From the NCBI GenBank assembly GCA_030141605.1, contig JAQGDQ010001165.1:1-57870 (forward strand): a stretch of 57,870 nucleotides of DNA. The letters are read 5' to 3'. The notes beneath the pieces are model-generated. The model was not told where the DNA came from and ran no database searches. It saw nothing but the letters and a program-made list of their open reading frames with translations. The position numbers and the translations under genes are program-made. The stretch comes from Tubiluchus corallicola. Taxonomy: Eukaryota > Animalia > Priapulida. Each line of letters starts with the position of its first letter. Position 1 is the first letter of the stretch. Below are positions 1 to 13,800 of this stretch, piece by piece.

Positions 1-499
1 CATGGAATATTTTTTGCTGAATCTCCGCAGTACATTTATGCTCAAGGGTAGACCAGTGCTCAATATTATTGATTTTGTGTAGACAGCTGTTTGCTGCACA
101 GTTATAGTACTCAACTCTGCATGCCAATAATATAGGTTTATTACCTGTTTTACAGTTGTTCTGCAAATCCGGTTGAATACTCTAAGTGCAAAGTTTAAGT
201 AAATTTCATATTGCTATGCGAAAATCCAATTGCTATGCAGTGTTTGCCTAACAAATTATGACATGTTTTGATTTGTGTCCTGATCCCAACCATTCACAAA
301 GAAAGCAGAAAAAATGATAAATTTATTCAGGACTATCATTCGAAATATTTTTACCAGGACTTCTCCTTGTCTTTTGTCTGGCTGATGTCCAAAACAGCGT
401 TAAATTAGGTTAAACCACGTCATTTCACAGCAGATTGCAGTAAAATGTTATAAGACGATAATAGAAGTGAATCTTTTTGATACAGCAAGATCATTAGGC

Positions 500-531
500 A
501 AGATAAGATAAGATAAGATAAGATAAGATAA
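500..531. repeat. (AGATA)n microsatellite
   Basis: About six AGATA units followed by TTTATT; possibly the tail of a minus-strand retroelement. Confidence 0.8.
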
Positions 532-1199
532 ACATTTATTTTACGTCGATTTGAAAAGCACTCAACTCTAAGCTGCAAGAATTTACATCACCAATGAATA
601 AACGAAACTGTTCAGCTACGGTTAAAAACTAATTAAATACTTGTACTATACAAATTAAAAATTTCCCAAGAAGTTATATTTGTGTATATATATATATATA
701 TTATTTATTTAGGCACAAAAGTACAATAAAGAACATAAAAAAGTGCATGAACAATATTAAGCCTTCACTAGGTTGCCATGGCCAGCAACAGAGAACTTAA
801 TCCAAAAACAGCAAAAGCTGCCTGCTTATATATTAAAAAATATATTCTGCAAACCCTCATATTATGTACGCATTCTGTGGTAGGTTTGCTTTCAGAAAGT
901 GACAATTTTAGTGTTTTTTACGGCAATGTGGCATATCTTCAGTGCTGACGACTATGAAGGTCTCCAGGCACAATCAACTGAAATGTCGAAGCATAATTTG
1001 AAAAAAACCAAGTTTAGTTTTATAATTTATGAAATGTAGGCAAAAAAATTGTTTAACCGTAAGCATTGTTCTACATTTTTGGTTACGATTTTTACCTAGC
1101 TATTTCATCAAGTTTGTATCAGAGCAAATAAAAGCAAACAAGCAAAAACAAAATATTTTATTTTTTATTTTAGAATTTTTTTCAGTTTTGTTAGTAATT

Positions 1200-1682
1200 G
1201 GTTGTGCATGAATGATTTCACTTCGGTATCAGTTTCCTATGTTTCATAAATTTCGGTTTCGGTTTGTAATTTCAATTTCGGTTGTGCATGAATGATTTCA
1301 CTTCGGTATCAGTTTCCTATGTTTCATAAATTTCGGTTTCGGTTTGTAATTTCAATTTCGGTTGTGCATGAATGATTTCACTTCGGTATCAGTTTCCTAT
1401 GTTTCATAAATTTCGGTTTCGGTTTGTAATTTCAATTTCGGTTGTGCATGAATGATTTCACTTCGGTATCAGTTTCCTATGTTTCATAAATTTCGGTTTC
1501 GGTTTGTAATTTCAATTTCGGTTGTGCATGAATGATTTCACTTCGGTATCAGTTTCCTATGTTTCATAAATTTCGGTTTCGGTTTGTAATTTCAATTTCG
1601 GTTGTGCATGAATGATTTCACTTCGGTATCAGTTTCCTATGTTTCATAAATTTCGGTTTCGGTTTGTAATTTCAATTTCGGT
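1200..1682. repeat. 80-bp tandem repeat, 6 apparently identical copies
   Basis: Unit GGTTGTGCATGAATGATTTCACTTCGGTATCAGTTTCCTATGTTTCATAAATTTCGGTTTCGGTTTGTAATTTCAATTTC, period 80; ends at GGTAGCATCCCTG. Confidence 0.97.
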
Positions 1683-1841
1683 AGCATCCCTGAATTTATA
1701 ACCTTATATGTTTGCATCTGTTATCTAGAATGTAACTAGTAATTATAATATATTGCGCTCACCAGGTGCTGTTTATCAACCTCTTAGGGATGCCCCTAGA
1801 ATCTAACTAAAATGAAAATGCTTCTTTTTCCACTTTTTCAG

Positions 1842-4800
1842 ACGTAGACAAGAAAAGTGAACCGCCAACGGTGCTACTGTGGACTTACTTTTACCTAGCT
1901 CAACATTATGACTACCTAGAACAGACAGAGAAAGCATTCGAGTATATTAATATAGCCATCACACACACGCCGACTCTTATAGAACTCTACGACGTTAAGG
2001 CTAAGATATACAAGGTATGCTAACAATCGAATCATTTCTACAGCTACTGCTCAGCATGTACAATAGGAAATGAAAAAACAATGTAACTGTACTTCCGTAA
2101 GCTATAAAATTAGAGCGAAATGTCCACAATGATCCATCATATACGGTGGAGAATTGCTGTGTGGTCAGTGTGCACTTAGTGACCAAAGTTCAGCACCATT
2201 GTACTCGGTTAGTGAATGCATTAAGCCGTCAGGAAAATTTCGTGAATCAAACCGCCATTAAACCTGGTTGGCGAATGGATTGGTGTCTGTGATGAAAACT
2301 GCATGCTGCAATCTGCCGTGTTGCTCAAAGTCTGTTTACTTAAAAGACTGTTGTTCATGTTAACTCCTTCAAGACCGTTAGTGTTTGCTGCATTTTGCAC
2401 GTGTTCATGAGAAACTGCTCACTAAGCAGCAATTGCAATATATTTGATCACTTTTGTAGGTTTCTACTCCCTACACAATGGATTTTCATGCAAAATTATA
2501 CATGAAATGCAGTTGCTTACCTAAGACAAATTAAAAATCGATTATTGACGAAGAAATTGTGTGAAATATGCAGAAAATTTCAACTATTCAGAACCAACAC
2601 ACTGATAGACTTTGGTTTCAAGTCTACTCTATTTTAAAGAGAAATTCCTGTTAAAAGACGAAACGACCTTAATTTGTCGTTAGCTTATCGGTTGATTTTT
2701 GCTGATACTCTGTACAGCAGAGGGTTCTCTTGGGCGGTCGCAAGCGAGTGATCAATAAATTACTGTGTACGATCAAGCAAGTGTACACAAGAGACTAAGC
2801 TACTCAAAAGGCTAAGTTGGAGTGTCTGAAAAAGGCGTGTTTTTCTGATTTTCATCCAATTTAATCAATAAATGGTTAAACAAATAGCATGATTGGATAG
2901 CCGAGATTCTCCTGAATAGAACAGTACCTAATTTATAATCATTTAGTTATGTCTGTGCTCATACAGTAGCAGAAAAGTTATGTTTTATAAGACGTATTTT
3001 GAGTGGTGCCTGTCCTGAAGGAGTTGAAGTCAAGTTTGTACCTGATAGAATGTTCACCAAAACCAACATTCTCTCAATGCTGTAGGGTGTGTAAACTTAA
3101 ACAGCATGTAAAGCTGGTCTAAAGTGGAAAAATAATCAGGAAAGTTTTTGAGTGTGGCTTTACTCTTGCAGCAATAAATACAATTGTATAATATTACTGT
3201 GTAAATTGTGTTTGAAATAAAATTTTCAGTCTGTCATTCAGTGACAGTAGGGAGACTAACGCCACCTATTGTTGACTACTTTTCTAAACCTTATAAGTTG
3301 CATGTTTTCGTCTCCGTAAATTGTTCTTATGTTATTGTTTCAGCATGCGGGTAACATCGATGAGGCTGTGCGGTGTCTAGACGAAGCGCAGTCGCTTGAT
3401 ACGGCTGATAGGTATATCAATTCTAAGTGTGCCAAATATATGTTACGAGCCAACATGATCAAAGAAGCTGAAGAAATGTGCGGCAAATTTACTCGGGTAA
3501 GTTCATGTCATTAAACTTGAGGAAGTGTGCGGTAAATTTGTGCATGTACCTCCACAAACACGAGCAAGTGGAAGAAATGTGGGACAAATTTACTCGGATA
3601 CGTTCACATGATTAAACTTGAGGAAGTGTGCGGTAAATTTGTGCTTGTACCTCCACAAACACGAGCAAGTGGAAGAAATGTGGGACAAATTTACTCGGAT
3701 ACGTTCACATGATTAAACTTGAGGAAGTGTGCGGTAAATTTGTGCTTGTACCTCCACATACACGAAGAAGTGGAAGAAATGTGCGGCAAATTTACTCTGG
3801 TAAGTTCACATGATTAAACTTGAGGAAGTGTGCGTTAAATTAGTGCGTATATCATCACATAGATGAAGCAGCGGAATAAATGTGCGGCAAGTTTACTCGG
3901 GTAGGTTCACATGATTAAACTTGAGGAAGTGTGCATTAAATTAGTGCGTATATCATCACATAGATGAAGAAGTGGAAGAAATGTGCGGCAAGTTTACTCA
4001 GGTAAGTTCACATGATTAAACTGAAAGATGTTTGTTGTAAATTTACTGGTTAGTCATGAAAAACCAAAAAAATTAATAAATATCTGATACAGACTGTGAA
4101 AGTATACCTTAGCAGAATCACTGTGGCAGTATGCTAAAGCATAGGATGAATGATTGAAAAGTGCCAGAACGTTGAAAGGGTACCCTTATGCTCGACACTT
4201 GCTTCTCATTTTTGAAAACATTTGTCAAATTTTCCTTTTTGCTGTTATCATAAGTTTGTCACATCATGTTGAATGTGACGAGTTGAACTGTGTCGGTTCA
4301 GATATCCTCTGAATGGCAATTCTAAGCTATTGTTTCAGTTTTCTGGCCACCAGGGGGTACCACATACGTTGGTACTCACTGATCCTAACTCTGTGTAGTT
4401 CTAGATAAACATAAAAGTGATACATATCGAGCAAAATGTAATGTCACTGCTCACTAACAAGCTAGCTTGCACTTGCTACTTCTGTTTTACAGACTCCATT
4501 ATAATTTATAATTAATCAGTAATTGTTATTGTTTACGTAAAAAAACATTTCAGTTTATTCATGAACCATTATCGACTTAAATTTCTGTAAGAAATATTAA
4601 ATGTACATTAAATTATTGTCGCCTAAAAGAATAAGAGGCTTGTCTATTCAAGTCCATATTTGTAGGTGGGAAAGACTTCGCTAAAATTAACGTTTCATTC
4701 TTGGTAAGAAATGGAGCTGATAGGTATTTTTATCAATAAGTTAAATGTAGGGGCGGTTCCAGAGGTAAAAGTTAGGGGGGGCGATTCAGGGGTTCCACCC

Positions 4801-7800
4801 TCCTACTAAAGAAAAACAACAACAGATTTTTGACCGATTATTTATACTCGTATTCTTATCATAGAAAGCGGAATGACAGGACATGTTGATAAGAACATGA
4901 TTTTATTGACACTAATTTCTCCTCTGATGTTCTGGTGTGGTCTAGTACAGATACCGGTTTAGAGTCACCTCCATCTTACCATCGTGAAACCGAGTCAGTG
5001 CGTGCATCAAAGCAGGCATTTTTAAAGTAACTAAAATAAACATAAAAGGAAAAATTAAATCAGTGAATGAAATGAATGATTTGTTGGCATAACAAATGGA
5101 ATTTTTCGTGGTAAATCAACTAATAATGTCTTTGATATTCAAATGAATGTCCTTGTGAATGTTTTTCAAGGCTGAACCAGCTAGTCGTTCTTCTTTGGAA
5201 TTCATGGAATTCTTCATCCATGTTTAACCGACGAAATGTGGCGACTTCAGTTTGGCTACCTTTCATATTTTCCTTCGATTTTCTTTTATTTTCCGCAACA
5301 TTTTTTGCAACTTTTTTATTTTTCTTTATAAGTAGTTCTGAGCGATCGCCCTCAGTGCCCGCCCCTTGAAATGTCCCCCTGGTTTATTGTATTCTTTTTA
5401 TTCATTTTAATAGGAAGGTGTGCCAGCCATGGAGAACCTCAACGAGATGCAGTGCATGTGGTTTGAGACAGAGTGCGCTAGAGCGTACCAGCGACTAGGA
5501 CGTTGGGGCGACTCGCTTAAAAAGTGCCACGAAGTTGAAAGGGTATAGCTCACTTCCCGTTTTTAAAAGCAATTGTCAAATTTTCATTTTAAGCGGAAAA
5601 GACACTCTGCAACAATGTTTATGTAGCCACGTTTTAATATACCCGAAAGCATTAGTGCATTGTGTAAAAATGTTTGACTTATAAGAAGTGCAATGTGTGT
5701 ACAACAAATATTTAATTCACCATACGGAAAGTGTGATAAAAACCAGAAGAGTGACTGTGCTGCCCATAAATTGTTTGCTTTAGTTTTGACACATTATAAA
5801 TACACTTCATGCCAACTTTTAATCTGTGAAAGTTGAAATGTAGTAGATTTAGTCTCATGCCAGACGGAGCTGGATAATCCATAAAAGTGTAAGGCATGAG
5901 GTGGAAAAGCCGCCTCATGAAAAATGAACGTATGCTAACCAATGGTTCCTATCATGCAGATAATGTGTTTGCCTTCTGCCTACAGCGGTTTGCCTGCCGT
6001 AAGCCACCAGCTACAATCCACAATAGGCACTCCTCACAAGTTGTTTTCAACAGTTCATGAGGCACCGTATTGCTAAATGAATTTGGCCATTAATTTCATT
6101 CGCCATAAGGCATTTTGGGTCTTCGCTAATGCGGCAATAAGCATGTTTGTGCTTTTTGCAGTTCACAATTCATTTATATCGTAAAAATTCATAATGGTCT
6201 CGTAAACATTAAAAAGTAATTTTAAGCATGACATTTCACTAGTACTGCTGTTAGATACGTGTATTGCCAAAACAGATTATGGCAAAACAACTTACTATTT
6301 ACACAGAATAAGGAGCATACCGGAGATTATGATATACACCTTATGGATGATGGAAAACACCTTATGGCTTACGGATTATGGATTGTGGCTTGCTTCTTAC
6401 GCTGTTCTCTGTGTGATACGGGGCTTAAATGAACATTATAACAAATTGATTGGTGAAATAAAGAAAAGTAAATTGAACACATTTTTTTGTGGCTGCGTAC
6501 TTGTGGTTTTTGTACTGTTCACTTGTTTTTCAGCACTTTGCGGAGATTGTGGAGGATCAGTTTGATTTTCACACGTACTGCATGCGTAAGATGACGTTGC
6601 GCACGTACGTCGGTTTGCTACGACTGGAAGACATCTTGCGACAGCATCCGTTCTACTACAGCGTGGCAAAATGTGCAATACAGGTGTATCTGCGTGTGTA
6701 CGATAAACCGGTAACGGACTCGGAAGAGACGGAAACGGCATCTTCTGGTAGGTTGTTGCATTTGGCGAGTTCTGTATTTGGCTTTGTAAATCTGGGCTTT
6801 TTGGCATTGAAAGGGAAGAAAAGGCAATTCTGAAGTAAATCCCAAATAACTTTCCACACAAAGTTATGTTATTTAGCATTACGAACTTGCTTGAAAGACT
6901 TGTGTAAATAAAAATAGAAAATTCTCTCAGTAATTTGAAATATTCCCACCACATGATAAAACGTCTCAGCATCGCTATCCCAGTGTGCACCACTGATTCA
7001 CCAAAAAACACGTTATTGATCTTACTGAGAATATGAAGTTTTTTTGCTATTGCTTAGTTTATAAACCGCATATTATAGCTGAGTCACGTGCTGTATTGAT
7101 GGCTAACTTAAAAAGTTTATTATAGGAGTAGAAGAAATGAATGTGTTAGCAGCTAGCAAAACCTTTTGACCGCCTTATCAATTCAATTCAAATTTTTATT
7201 TCGTTAATTAAGAACATATGCAGTACAAATACAGTAGTAAAATGGAATAGAAATTACAAGAGTAAACCTATGAGCAGGGTTAGTAAATTAAAAGCTAAAT
7301 AAATTTTACAGGAGGGAACTTTCATAAAGGTGATGGGATTTGAGCTTGTTTTTGACTGGTTTTACTAGCTGCAATACATTTTACCTTGAATTCCACTCCG
7401 CACATTTCCCTATCATAGTTTTTACAGTATCTACACTGCGTTGTATTACATTTATATAAGAAACGACCAATGCATCAATTTCTGAACTTGTCTTGAAGAA
7501 AATCTTGTTTTTTTTTGCATTGTGCAAATAATTTGTGACATTTTGTCGGAACTTTGTTGTAATGTGTATAATAAGATGGATTAGCTGTAGAAAAAGTTTA
7601 TATCGCTGTGCTGTCTTTAAGGCCGATTTCCGATTTTTCTGCAAATTTAATGCATACTAGAGACGGAATTTTCTTCGCTTGTTACTTTCTAGCAAACCTA
7701 AGCAGTTTTTTCAGCCTTTCGCAACCTTAATAGAAGTTCTTCCCGGAGTTTCATTTTTTATGCAGCTTGCCTTCCTACTTTCACTTTGTTTTTGAGTTTG

Positions 7801-10800
7801 CCACGAGAAATATGGGAAATTCTTTAGTGCGCGCTTGTAGTGAACAGCAGTACGTTTGTGGAAAGATTTCCCCTGCTCACACAAACACGATCTGACAACG
7901 TTATGCATGTGACAGCTAGCCAGGAAACTTCCCGATGATTTGCACGAACGTGATAGGATAGTCTTCTGTAACTTTTGTGTGCGAATTAAATGTTGGCATT
8001 CTTATTTTATTTTTGCCAAATACGAATACCTTACAAATAGTTACAGGGCCATGTAGCTTCTAATTACTGTGAAGCGGAATTGAAACGGAATTGACTATTC
8101 TTTGTAAAGGAGTTTGATCAATTTTGAAACGGAATATTGGAGGCCTTATGTCTGCATCCTCCTTTTACCGACAGGTGCATATTCCGAGGTTGATTACAAT
8201 CCACAGTTTTTGTATTTTTTAGTTCGGGGACAGTTTGGTAAATTTACGGGATGTTATTTTACAGACAATTCCCGGTTTCGGTTTGTCTCTTGTTTGTTCA
8301 CAAGTATTTTAACTTCTAATTCAAACCTGTTTATTTTTTCTCAGAAAACATGAATCCGAGTGAATTGAAAAAGCTGAAGTCGAAAGCACGAAAAGCTAGA
8401 AAGAAGGCGTTACAGGAACGGGAACGACAGAACGCTTTACAGGAGAAGAAAGAACAGCACAGCAAAGCGAAGCAACCCAGTGAAGACACTGAAGAGAAGA
8501 AAGAAGAAGAACTAGTCCCTGAGAAACTGTGCAGGGTGAGTAATGTGGAGTGTCTGTCTTTCTGTTCTTACTATTTAAACTTCTTCTACTTTATATTATA
8601 GTGTAACTACAATATATTATAGTGTATATTACAAGTAACTAATGTATGTTTCTATTAAAGTGTAGGCTTTGTAATATTGCATCCTGTACACCAGGGGTGT
8701 GCAAATTGCGGCCTGCGGGCCACTTGCGGTCCGCCGAGAGAATTTGTGCGGCCCGCGAAGAGATTTGTCAACCTAATGAAAGTGCGGCCCGGGCGATTAA
8801 TTGAGTGTATCCAGCTGAAGTCTGTGCCACGATCCCAAAGATATTTTCTACTAGATCGGATGCCATTAACCCTTACAAGATGGTTGTAGCTTAATGTCAC
8901 TGTACTACTCAGACTGTGTGATACACATTACTAGTATGCATTGTAATGAAATTACCACTATGTGTCGTGGAAAGTAGAAATATATGGTTTGTAATATAAA
9001 TTTTAATAACTTCTAAAATAGTTTCTTGAGTGTAGTAGCAATGATGTACGCGGGTCGGATGCAAAAAATCGTTATTAGGCCTTCCTGTACTTGGCTCCTC
9101 AATCAAACTGCCTGTGGCCCGCAGGAATTGCGGGAAAGTTTAATGTGGCCCTGCTAGTCAGATAATTTGCACACCCCTGCTGTACACTGAGTTAACTAAT
9201 CTTTGTCAAGGCCAGCCACTGAACCAACTAGCCATGATTTAGGTGTGTGTACATCCTAGATGTATGAGGGAAACAGCCAGGATCAGTATGTCGAAATGAA
9301 GCCATCAGAGTGAGCATTGAACTCGGGTGGTTACGAGCAATACATGTGTGTACATGTATACACATTCGCTAGATTATGAAAAACTTTCCAAAGGACTTTC
9401 CAAAAAATCGTGCTTTGGCATCGGAATATAGATGATTTAAAATTTTTTCTATTTTAAGTGATATTTCTCCATTCCAGACGATTCAGTTTTCCTTTGGAAT
9501 TTTTTTGTTCAGTCATGTGACCATGATTTTTTTATTTGGTCATAGGAAATTGCATGCACACTCCCATACGAAATCCTTCTACAAGCTTACGCCATTTTTT
9601 TCTCACGGCGATTTGATGGCACATGATCGGGAGAAACCTTTAGTGTACGTGTGCGTGCATAAAGAAAACCAAAAATGATGCATTTTGCCATGAAATAGTA
9701 TTGCGAAGTTAAAAAATGAATAACGTAACGCTTAACTTCAACAGCAGGCAGTTTTTGGATTCTATTTCGATTTTCAAGAAATGCATCATGGATTGTTTTG
9801 TGATAATCGCTTATAATCTATCCAGCATGGTTTATAAGATATCAAATGAAAGCTTGTAAAAAAACAATTTGAACTGTTTCAACTGGGTCTCCATAAACAG
9901 ATATTCCACATAAGAATAAGAGTATATTTTTACATGGATACATTATAAATAGTTTTAAAAGCTATTATATCCATAATGCTCCATGATTGTTAGTAGCCAA
10001 AAATAGTGTATGTTAGATAAATGTATTATTGATAACAAATAGAACATATGCACAATTATTTACTTTGAAAGTTTTAGCACCAGTAAAATTTTGCTTGTTT
10101 TAAGTTAAATTAATATTATTAAGACTCTTAGGTTTACTTAAAAGGTAAAAGTAAAATAGACAATTTTATAAATGCACTTTATACACCATTTAAGATTCTT
10201 TTTTATTTATTATTATTATCACATTCAGTACAATATAATGACATTAAGCACACAGTGACATCAAAATTATTACATCTACTATATTAAATTGTTATGTTTC
10301 ATTCACTATCGTTATCATAAAAGAATAATTGTACTGCAGTGGGCTAGAGAAGCAAAGGCTTGTATAAGTCCACTGTCATGTGAACCCGATAAAAAAAGAA
10401 TGGATGAGTGAACAAAAAAAGAACTGGGAGAAAGGTTAGATCACACAGGAAGGGTAGAAAGATGTGTTAGTGGAAATGATGGGAAGAAAGATAATAGATT
10501 GTGCTATGGTCTAATCACATTTTAATTTTTTAATCAATAACACTGTTGATTATAATAATTGTAAAATTAATTATAAATAATCATAAAAAATATTTACGTA
10601 TAATGGTGAGTCGGCTGTGTGTTTGGCAAAAATTTCACGTCTTCGTTTACAGTTAGAAACAAACATTTTTATGGCCCGTGGGTCCAACAGTTTTTCTCTT
10701 TGTGTCTCCCCAACACTCAAAAACTTAACTGGAATGTTTTTGATGTTGAAAATTATGTTAGTTTGTGATGTCATCAATAGTTGGCCTCGCCCACCGTTAA

Positions 10801-13800
10801 TTAAGATTTTAATCTATTATTTAATTATCAGAAACCCTTTTGCAGTATTATTGGTGTTAAAATGTACTTGAGAATGGGCTAGTATATGAAAAATAATCAT
10901 GTCTTCTTCCTTTAAATTTTCCCGCTGCAAATGTGTCTGTTTGCCTTTCAGCCTGAGGATCCATTAACTGAGGCCATTAAGTTTCTGAAACCTCTACAGA
11001 ATCTTGCCTCGTCGTGGTTAGACACACACTTGTTAGCATTTGAGATCTACTATAGGAAAGGTTTGTGTAGCTAACTTCTTATCCTACAGTTTATATGTGA
11101 CTGTATGTAGGAAAAAAGTGTAGATTTTTTTCAGAACGTACTGTTGCAACTTGAATTAGCTATGGGCGATTTTTTTAGTTTGACGTGTTAGAATCTCTTT
11201 ATGTTCTATTAAAAATTAAACTATTGAGTTCTCATCATTGATTATAATTAGCTAGCAATGCAGTTTCAAATGTACTAAAATTATTCTTTGTAGATTTTCT
11301 GCAGAGCTAACAAGTTTAGTTAATAGTTACTTATCAGTAGTTATTAATAGTTAGCATTATTTGTTATTTTAAACATTTTATTTTTTCAGTTTGTTATCAA
11401 TTTACATTATTTTGTCACAGAACGTCAATAATTAATAATAATAATCAATAATCAGTTTATTTCACTCCAGATGTCTTGACTGTTGTTGTTGTTTTGCCTT
11501 TTCTCTAGATAAACTTTTGCTGATGCTACAGTCGATTAAACGAGCTCGGAATGTTGATTCGGAAAATCCGCAGGTTCACGTCTGCATGATGAAATTTCTG
11601 AAAAAAGGTGTGTGGAAGAGTTAGTTTTTAAGTAAATCGTGTTTGCGAATGTGATCAACTGTCTGCAAAAGATATGTTTTTGGGAGGGTAGCCGCTTCTC
11701 TTGTCGAATAAGAAACATTCGTTCTAGTAGCGAGACATGATGGCAGCAGCGAATGTTAACTGTCTCATGGTAAAATGCCACAAGATTCAAAATTCTTTTG
11801 TGATCTGACCATATGCGTAAAGTCAGATGTGAATAATTGGGCTGAATATCTCTGAACACTTGTAGAGAGTCATAGGCACGCTGTGTTATATAGGAAATCT
11901 CTTGGTTCGCAAACCAAGCACTTTTAGCACATTGTTGAGGACTTTATATTTTCAAAATGCAATGTTTTTCGAACAAACTGAATGACTTAATCTTTTAAAG
12001 GAAAACTGGACGATTGACTAGACTCAGTCTAATGTTAACTTACTGACCAAAATATGCATATTCTTGCCTTCAAAAGTTAGCAATTGTTTCTAAAATTTGA
12101 ATAATTTACCTTGGAATGTTAATAAACGACAACTGAACACAACTACCGCTTACGTCGCAAACTAACCACAGTTTGTGCAATGGTAGGCATCTTCCCTGAG
12201 CGTCAGGCATGCTTGCATAAGCGAACATTGCTATAAGACGCTAATGTGATATTACGAAATGAGCTGTATGTCACACTGACATCACAGACGAACAGTTCAT
12301 GATCATGCTTGTCACTGTATCGCACCTATTTGTCGACCACGTGAATGTGACAATAAGGCGCTATTTCCGATCGCTCAGCTGCGTGTAGCTTTGAAAGTTT
12401 AACAAAATTTGTTATGAGCTGTTTAACAAACTGTCTGAGGTAATTATTATTTAATCTAAGCTTACATTTAAAAAAAGCTATTGTAGTTTTTAATATTTTG
12501 GAGCATACTTTATTTTGAACTAATGTTTACTGTTTACACAATCATATGATTTTCCTTTAAAAACGTGATTGATTTCTAACTAAAATACTGTTTCGCAGCT
12601 TACATTGAAATTCCACTTCTTGTGGGAAATTCCAGTTACCAGAGTGAGCAGCTTTCATAACCTTTGTATTTATCTCATAGCTAAAACTTATGCACAGATT
12701 TGTTCAAAACAGCAAACCCGACTGCTGTATGTTGTGCTGATGTTACCATGTGGGCACTGGCCAAGCAGTGACACAAAAGACCAAAGTTTTAAAGACTGTT
12801 CAATAGTTTTTATCATACTGTGTTCTTTGTACATGGTAAAATGGTACAAGTGTTTAAGTTGCTGTATCAAATTCTTTACTGGTCTGTTTATTCATTACCT
12901 ATTTGGCTTCTGTTTGCTACTTAATTAGTGCATAATAGGCTCTACCTCTTTAAACTGGTTGTATGTTTCTAAATTTACCACTGATGATGACAGCAGCAGC
13001 TAGTCGAAACGTTTGGCATGATTTCACTTTTTAACTTTTTACTGTAAAAGTTTTTAATGAAATTGTGTTGTTTTTAACTATTAATTTAAAACGTTGTGGA
13101 AAAATTTGCTTTGCAGTTCAAGAGAAGAAATCTTCTCTGCCTGACCCTGTGATGACCGTCCTGGAACGAGAAATGGATGGCTGGTTTGATAGCCAGTGTC
13201 CGAAACAGCTCAATGAAAGCTTCCTGTCACAACACGAGAACTCGTTGCCCCACGTTCTAGCAGGTAAGACATTCAGGTTTAATCGTGGCAACTGTAAGGG
13301 ATTGTTGAATGTTGGACAAGGGTACTTGAGAAAATCACCAGGTCAGCATGTCAAGTATTGCAATGTGAATATTTTGCAGAATGGTTCAAATTTAGTAAGC
13401 TTTTATGCACTTGGTTTTTGACTCTTGTATGTAAATGTCAAGTTTATAAAAGATAATTTTATTAACATTACTATAATTATTATCAAAATTTTTCTTAAGC
13501 ACAAAAGATTAGCTTTCGTTGTCTGTTGGTCATTGCTTGGTAGTTGTGCTATCCATTAGTACCCGAATTTACAGTCAAACCTCTTTATACCGGCCACTTC
13601 GGGATGTCAAAAAAACTGGTGTTACTGCGAGTTTGACATTATAACAATGCATGTTCAGTTTTGCCATAGACGAATCACAGAACAGTCAGACGAATGTACA
13701 CAGGTTAGAGTCCTCAATTTTCACTCTAAAAGTTAATGAATTAAAAGAAAATTATTACTTTCAATCACTAGCGAATTAATGATTCAAAATTAATCATCTT

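Noticed and set aside
6436-7011. 191-aa minus-strand ORF
   Set aside because: Antisense shadow of an NAA15 coding exon plus intron, with no recognisable homology.
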